Assembly: GCA_044376115.1 (NCBI GenBank)
Contig: JBILLK010000001.1
Location: 416,001-480,000, forward strand
Source of the DNA: Polyangiaceae bacterium
GTDB lineage: Bacteria > Myxococcota_A > Polyangia > Polyangiales > Polyangiaceae
DNA: 64,000 bases
Direction of reading: 5' to 3'
Shown: piece by piece, positions 58,700-64,000 of the stretch
Position numbering within the stretch: the first letter of the stretch is position 1
How the letters are laid out: each line of letters starts with the position of its first letter
Notes under the pieces: model-generated
The model's database searches: none
Seen by the model: the letters and a program-made list of their open reading frames with translations, nothing else
What the model was told of the DNA's origin: nothing
Made by a program: the position numbers and the translations under genes

Positions 58700-59965
58700 A
58701 TGCGTTCGCGATTTCTTGTCCTGCGTTCAACGGCCCGCTTAGCGGTAGGGAGGCGATTCTTGAGTCTCCGACCCTTCATTGCGCTGGTGGGCGGTTTAAC
58801 GAACGCGTTCATGCTCAAGCTCTCATTCGCAGAGACGCACCAGAAAGCTGCTATCGCTATTTGCTTTGGCACAGCCTTAGTGGCTTTCTTCACCGAAGCT
58901 TGGCTACTACGTCGGTACCCTCTCACCGAGCGCTGGCTATTTGGCTCGCTCATGGCCACTTTGATAGCTATTGCTCTCGGCTCGCTCGTCAGCGGTGGGA
59001 CACTCAGCCCGTTCTTACCGCTGATCTTCGCTCCCGTCGTGGTGGGTTTTGCTGCCTTCGGGCGTAGCCGTGAAACGCTTTGGCTGCTCGGCATGGGCGT
59101 GGTGATGACCGCTGCCCTTGCTGCACTGCCCAACTTCGCTGGTCTTCAAGGAGTACCAGCCCCATGGGGCCCACGAATGGTCGGCGTTAGTGCCTGTATG
59201 GCGCTGATGTTGCTGGTTACCGGGGTTGTTGGGCTGGTCGACGCACATGCCTCAGCTGCTGCTTCCCTCGAGGTCATGCGCAACGAGGCCGTGTTAGAGA
59301 TGGAGCGGCATACTCGCAATATGGATCTGCTGAATGCTCGATTGGCGCATGAAGTAAAGAATCCACTTACGGCGATAAGGGGCTTGGTCCAGCTCATTGC
59401 CCGCAAGACCTCTGACGAGCGGGACCGCGAACGACTGGCCGTCGTTCAGGCCGAAGTTGACCGAGCGTTGGACATGCTTCGGTTGCAGATAACGATGGCC
59501 AAGCCGCTGGGAGAGCTCGAGCGAACAACGATTAATACAAAGGCGCTGCTCCGAGGGGTGATTGAGCTGTTACACGGGCGAGCTGCTGATCTAGGGATCG
59601 AATTGGCCGTTGATGGCGACGACGAGCCGCTCTTTGCGGACGAACCAAAGCTCCGGTCGGCGCTGGTTAACCTGGTTCTCAATTCACTCGCAGCCAGCGG
59701 CACTGGCTCGCGTGTGCTCTTGAGTTCTCGCAAGACTGAAGCTGGGACCCAGATCACCGTCGCGGACGAAGGCCGCGGCATGACCAAGCTTGAACTGGCT
59801 CACGTCGGGGAGCCGTTCATCACCAACACGGAAGGTGGCACAGGTCTCGGGGTGTCGATCGCGCGCAGCATCTCGGAGCAGCACGGAGGCAAGCTTACGT
59901 TTATTAGTGAGCAGGGCGTCGGAACCACAGTAACGATCGAGATTCCAACATGGCAAAGCTGCTAA
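58700..59965 (+). CDS. Membrane sensor histidine kinase
   Basis: LAHEVKNPL, NLVLNS, DEGRG, GTGLG. Confidence 0.92.
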   Translation: MRSRFLVLRSTARLAVGRRFLSLRPFIALVGGLTNAFMLKLSFAETHQKAAIAICFGTALVAFFTEAWLLRRYPLTERWLFGSLMATLIAIALGSLVSGGTLSPFLPLIFAPVVVGFAAFGRSRETLWLLGMGVVMTAALAALPNFAGLQGVPAPWGPRMVGVSACMALMLLVTGVVGLVDAHASAAASLEVMRNEAVLEMERHTRNMDLLNARLAHEVKNPLTAIRGLVQLIARKTSDERDRERLAVVQAEVDRALDMLRLQITMAKPLGELERTTINTKALLRGVIELLHGRAADLGIELAVDGDDEPLFADEPKLRSALVNLVLNSLAASGTGSRVLLSSRKTEAGTQITVADEGRGMTKLELAHVGEPFITNTEGGTGLGVSIARSISEQHGGKLTFISEQGVGTTVTIEIPTWQSC

Positions 59966-61287
59966 TCGTCGATGACGAGCCCGGTGTGCGCTTTACCTTG
60001 AAAGAGGTCGCGCAGGAGCTCGGTCACACAGTCGTTGAAGCTCGCAATGGGCGTGAGGCATTGCAACAGGTGACCGACGAGGTGGACCTCGTCATTACAG
60101 ACTTGGCGATGCCGGAGCTTGGTGGGCTAGAGCTGCTTGCTGAGCTTCGCGCTCTGTTTCCAGATCTTCCCGTCGTACTTCTCACCGCCCGGGGCAGCGA
60201 GCGGGTAGCGGTTCGCGCGATAAAGGGTGGCGCCTTCGACTATGTCACCAAGCCCTTCGACGTTGACGAGTTGGATACGGTGATAACGCGGGCTCTCGAT
60301 CTAGCCAGCTGGAAGAATGATGCGCGCGCGGCCGCGCTTCAGGCTCAACTAGGGCGGCCGCTAATAGGGTCTTCAGCTGCACTTCGACGTGTCGTTGACC
60401 GGGCTCTCAAGTTCGCTAAGCGTGAGGCGCCTGTGCTCGTAACGGGTGAGACTGGGACGGGCAAGGAGCTACTCGCATTGTTACTCCACTCAGGCAGTCC
60501 GCGTGCTCGTGGCTCCTTCATTCGTTTCAACTGTGCAGCAGTCGCCGAGGAGGTCGCCGAGAGTGAACTATTTGGGCATGTCCGCGGAGCCTTTACTGGG
60601 GCGAGCCACAACCATCGAGGCTTCTTCTCTCAGGCTCATGGTGGCACTCTGGTACTCGATGAGGTGGGAGAGCTTCCGCCACGCCTCCAGCCAAAGCTGT
60701 TACGTACTTTACAATCGGGAGAGATCCAGCCCGTCGGCGCTGCTTCGATAGAGCGGGTGGACGTACGAGTAATCGCCTGCACGCACCGAAATCTTGCCGA
60801 GGAGGCGCGCCGCGGGCAGTTTCGCGAAGATCTCTACTATCGACTAGCGGTGCTCGAGCTGGTGATGCCGCCCCTCCGCGAACGGCAAGAGGACATACCT
60901 GCGCTCGCGGAGTTCTTCGCCCGTGAGTCCGCCGCGAAGTTCGGCTTGGAGGGTGTCACGATCAGTGAAGAGCTCGCTGCTGCGCTCAGCCAAAGGCAGT
61001 ACCGCGGGAACATCCGCGAGCTCGAGAACCTGGTCACACGATTGGTTGCGCTATCGGAGGGTGGACCACTTGAGCCTCACTTATTGGGGTCGACAAGCAA
61101 GACGGCTACGTCCGCGCCAATAAGCTTTCGGGAGCAAGTAGAGGCTTTGGAGCTTCGGCTGCTGCGCGATGCTTTGGGACAAGCTGGCAACAATCAGTCA
61201 GAGGCTGCACGGCTCCTCGGGCTTTCTCGCGCAACCTTCCTCGACAAGCTGAAGCGATACAACCTTTGGACGTACAAAGGGGACTAG
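59950..61287 (+). CDS. Sigma54-dependent response regulator (NtrC family)
   Basis: Receiver domain, GETGTGKE, GAFTGA, Fis HTH. Confidence 0.95.
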   Translation: MAKLLIVDDEPGVRFTLKEVAQELGHTVVEARNGREALQQVTDEVDLVITDLAMPELGGLELLAELRALFPDLPVVLLTARGSERVAVRAIKGGAFDYVTKPFDVDELDTVITRALDLASWKNDARAAALQAQLGRPLIGSSAALRRVVDRALKFAKREAPVLVTGETGTGKELLALLLHSGSPRARGSFIRFNCAAVAEEVAESELFGHVRGAFTGASHNHRGFFSQAHGGTLVLDEVGELPPRLQPKLLRTLQSGEIQPVGAASIERVDVRVIACTHRNLAEEARRGQFREDLYYRLAVLELVMPPLRERQEDIPALAEFFARESAAKFGLEGVTISEELAAALSQRQYRGNIRELENLVTRLVALSEGGPLEPHLLGSTSKTATSAPISFREQVEALELRLLRDALGQAGNNQSEAARLLGLSRATFLDKLKRYNLWTYKGD

Positions 61288-62351
61288 CCGCTAACGCCAG
61301 TGGTGGATGGCACAACCGGCAGGTGGACTGGCTTTGACAGCGGGTAGAACTGCTCCGCCCAACGTCGATAGCGAGCAATTGGGCCGTCTCCCTGCGCGAG
61401 CGCAGGACGAGCCACATATTGCTTGTGCTTCCAGATCACGAAGTCCTGTTCAACATCATTGGCTAGCGCTGCAAACGCTTGCCTGAGGTAGATGGTCTCC
61501 ACGAGTTTGGTAAGCAGCCGGGGCCGGCTAACCCAGGCAAGGAGCGGGTGGAGACTCTGACTTGCTGCAAGGCGCTTCACAGCAAGAGCTATGCGCAGCT
61601 CGAGGTCCATCTCTGCGCGGGGAGTAGCGAATACGAAGGAACGAGCCTCCAGGCCCACCTTAGGAATCTTGATGTCCACCATCGAGTGCCCAAGCCCTCG
61701 AACCGTCACTTCAAACTCCGCGTCGAGGCCCCGCGAGCCGCGAGCCAACCCGAACGGATGATGCATTGAGTAGCGGGCCCGGAGGACAGGCCCCTCGAGC
61801 TCGAGCTCTCCTCGCATTTGAACATGCGAGTAGCCGTGAACGACGCTCAGATGGCCGAAATCTACGCTATTCTCTGTGGTGTCCTGAGGATGCCCGCGAA
61901 GCCGATAGTACTTTGTCAGCAGGGGCGAGTAGCTTGCGTCGTCTAGGTTTGGCAACGTGAACGTGGGGGGGCCACCGTTCGGGTCCAGGAAGATGAGGAC
62001 CACACCGCCCGTCTCACGCACGGCGTTCGTCGCGACAGAGACCTTCGGTGGCTTTGTGTCGTAACCGGTCGCCACACAAGCACCGTCCACACCGAAGCGG
62101 AAGCCGTGGAAAGGACAGCGCACGGACTCCCCAACAACGGTGCCACCGTGGCCCATATGCGCGCCGAGATGTGGACAGATGGGATCCATCGCGGAGAGCG
62201 CTCCGCTCTCCGTCCGCGCAAGGAGCAGTTCCCTACCCCCAAGCGTCCGAGTTTGCAGGGTCCCTCGCGCAAACTCGCTTGAGAAGCCCACCGCATACCA
62301 TCCGGTGGGGTATGGAGGGAGCCGCGTGGTATCGCCTTCCGTGCTGGCCAT
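61284..62351 (-). CDS. Rieske oxygenase (KshA/cholesterol 7-desaturase-like)
   Basis: YPTGWY, CPHLGA, CPFHG, ENSVDFGH...VH, QDFVIWKHK. Confidence 0.88.
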   Translation of the reverse strand: MASTEGDTTRLPPYPTGWYAVGFSSEFARGTLQTRTLGGRELLLARTESGALSAMDPICPHLGAHMGHGGTVVGESVRCPFHGFRFGVDGACVATGYDTKPPKVSVATNAVRETGGVVLIFLDPNGGPPTFTLPNLDDASYSPLLTKYYRLRGHPQDTTENSVDFGHLSVVHGYSHVQMRGELELEGPVLRARYSMHHPFGLARGSRGLDAEFEVTVRGLGHSMVDIKIPKVGLEARSFVFATPRAEMDLELRIALAVKRLAASQSLHPLLAWVSRPRLLTKLVETIYLRQAFAALANDVEQDFVIWKHKQYVARPALAQGDGPIARYRRWAEQFYPLSKPVHLPVVPSTTGVSG

Positions 62352-62390
62352 CACTGTTCTTAACTCTGATAGACCCTAGCTGGCAACGGT

Positions 62391-63758
62391 CTACGGCGCT
62401 CCGCGTTCGGCTTGAGTTAGCAACCGTTCTGCGTCCGCAGCGCCGATGGCGTCAAACTTGGGATTGCGCGCTAGAGCCGACTTTAGAAGGGCTATCCCGC
62501 GTTCGGTTTCGCCACGGGCTAGAAGGATTGCGCCTGCATGATACTCAATAGCGGAATCAGGCGTCTTGAGCGCAAGCATCTGGTCGACAAGCTTTGCGGC
62601 CTCCTCGAGCTCATTGGCTCGATACAGCGCAAACGCCAACGCATCAGCTGCGTAGATACCTCCTCTGGTCTTCAGTTCCTTGCGCGCGAGTTCAACTGCA
62701 AGGGCTGGCTCACGATTGTGTGCGGCTAGGAACTGCGCGGTGGTCCGCGGATCTTCCTCACGGCCTGCAGAGATCAGCTCGGCAAACACCGACTCGGCTC
62801 GTTCGGGCTTGCCATCCGCAACGAGCGCGTCTCCCAACCGCCACCGTAGTTCGATCGATTCGCTTTGCTTTACTCCCTGCTCGAGCCAGCTAACCGCGCG
62901 CACTGGCTCCCCTTTCGCCAGCGCTACCTTGCCTTTGCCAAGCATGGCATGAGGGTAGTTCGCGCACTCCTTCAGGGCGCTGGCGTAGCCCGCATCAGCG
63001 CCGTCGTAGTCCCCGAGGTGAAAGAAGAGGTTAGCCGCCTGCGTTAGGGCGTAGCAGCGTGGCTCCGGATCCGCGGGGTTGTTGCCAATTTGAATTGCTT
63101 GCTTCCAAGCCGCCTTAGCCTTGTCCACATCACCATGCAGCCAGGCCAAATGAGCCGCCCGGGAGAACGCTGGAACAGCAGGCTTGAGGTCGAGTAGCTT
63201 GTCTGTGGTCGCTAGCGCGGCCTTGTACCGACCGAGCTCAAGTTCGGCATCTGAACGATTGGCGAGCGCGATCAAGTCCTCCGGGGACTTGGCCAGTGCA
63301 CGCTCGGACGAAGCCAGCGCCTCCGCGAACTTGTGCTCATTGAGCTGAGTCTGGCCGAGCAGTCCAAGCGCCAGAAAGTCATCCGGGTCCCGCTCGAGCA
63401 GGAGCTCGGCTACGGCTTTTCCGTAGGCGTAGTACCCTGGTTCCGCATCATTGCGGGCCTTTTGCACCCACGAGCGCCCAAGCAGAATCCAGTCGTCACG
63501 ACCGTCTGTCTGCTTGACCTTCTGCTGGTAGGCGCGGATGAGCACGTCGGCCTGCGTGTTTCCTGCTATTTCCTCAAGCGCGCGATCCCGATTTGAGCCT
63601 CCCGCCTTGATGGGAGCAGCGCTGGTTACAGAAATGGAGGTCGTTTGAGCACCGACCGAGTTTGCGGTGGAGGTCAGGCTCTCCTCCGTACTGCTCTCAC
63701 ACCCCACGAGCGCTGCCGACGCTGCCCACAAGGCGAACAGGGAATTCCGACCGATCAT
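62391..63758 (-). CDS. TPR-repeat lipoprotein
   Basis: LVGC lipobox; multiple TPRs. Confidence 0.8.
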   Translation of the reverse strand: MIGRNSLFALWAASAALVGCESSTEESLTSTANSVGAQTTSISVTSAAPIKAGGSNRDRALEEIAGNTQADVLIRAYQQKVKQTDGRDDWILLGRSWVQKARNDAEPGYYAYGKAVAELLLERDPDDFLALGLLGQTQLNEHKFAEALASSERALAKSPEDLIALANRSDAELELGRYKAALATTDKLLDLKPAVPAFSRAAHLAWLHGDVDKAKAAWKQAIQIGNNPADPEPRCYALTQAANLFFHLGDYDGADAGYASALKECANYPHAMLGKGKVALAKGEPVRAVSWLEQGVKQSESIELRWRLGDALVADGKPERAESVFAELISAGREEDPRTTAQFLAAHNREPALAVELARKELKTRGGIYAADALAFALYRANELEEAAKLVDQMLALKTPDSAIEYHAGAILLARGETERGIALLKSALARNPKFDAIGAADAERLLTQAERGAP

Positions 63759-64000
63759 CGAGCGCCTTACGTGTGGGGAGCCCCGGCGGTTGCGTGTAAC
63801 CACACAGTGGATCCGGCGCTGGGGCTGTGGAGTACTGTGGTCGGCATGGTTGGTCGTAGGTTTGGTCACTGGGCGATGGTAGCCGGTTTGTGGAGTTGCT
63901 CTCCCTCCGGCGGCGAGCAGTCGCCGAGCAATGCCGCAAGCAACTCAGCACCTCTGCTCACAGCGTCCGCGGTTGCAACCGTAGTGCCTTCTGCGTCCGC

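Overview
GC-rich, densely coding window. Its gene content (FHA-sigma54 activator, ECF sigma cluster, many Cys-rich and low-complexity lipoproteins, Ser/Thr kinase-like protein) suggests a myxobacterium of the Polyangiaceae/Sorangiineae type; this is an inference. It holds about 60 CDSs, one tRNA-fMet, a tyrosine catabolism trio (FAH, maiA, hppD) and a sigma54 two-component pair. No transposase, integrase or CRISPR array was seen. The most striking element is at 15.9-17.1 kb: a helical hypothetical protein (DUF7873-like, from recall) followed directly by a ~480-nt structured non-coding region. That region contains two circularly permuted tRNA-like modules (T arm, acceptor stem, D arm, as in bacterial YrlA Y RNAs), separated by linkers with a 6-nt C(T)NNNN periodicity and ended by a terminator-like hairpin. 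No Ro60/TROVE gene is in the window. A second candidate system is a splicease-like radical SAM/SPASM enzyme plus three dispersed zinc-ribbon/lipobox proteins carrying C-terminal YG motifs. All family assignments come from motif recognition by eye, not from database searches, and start codons are best estimates.
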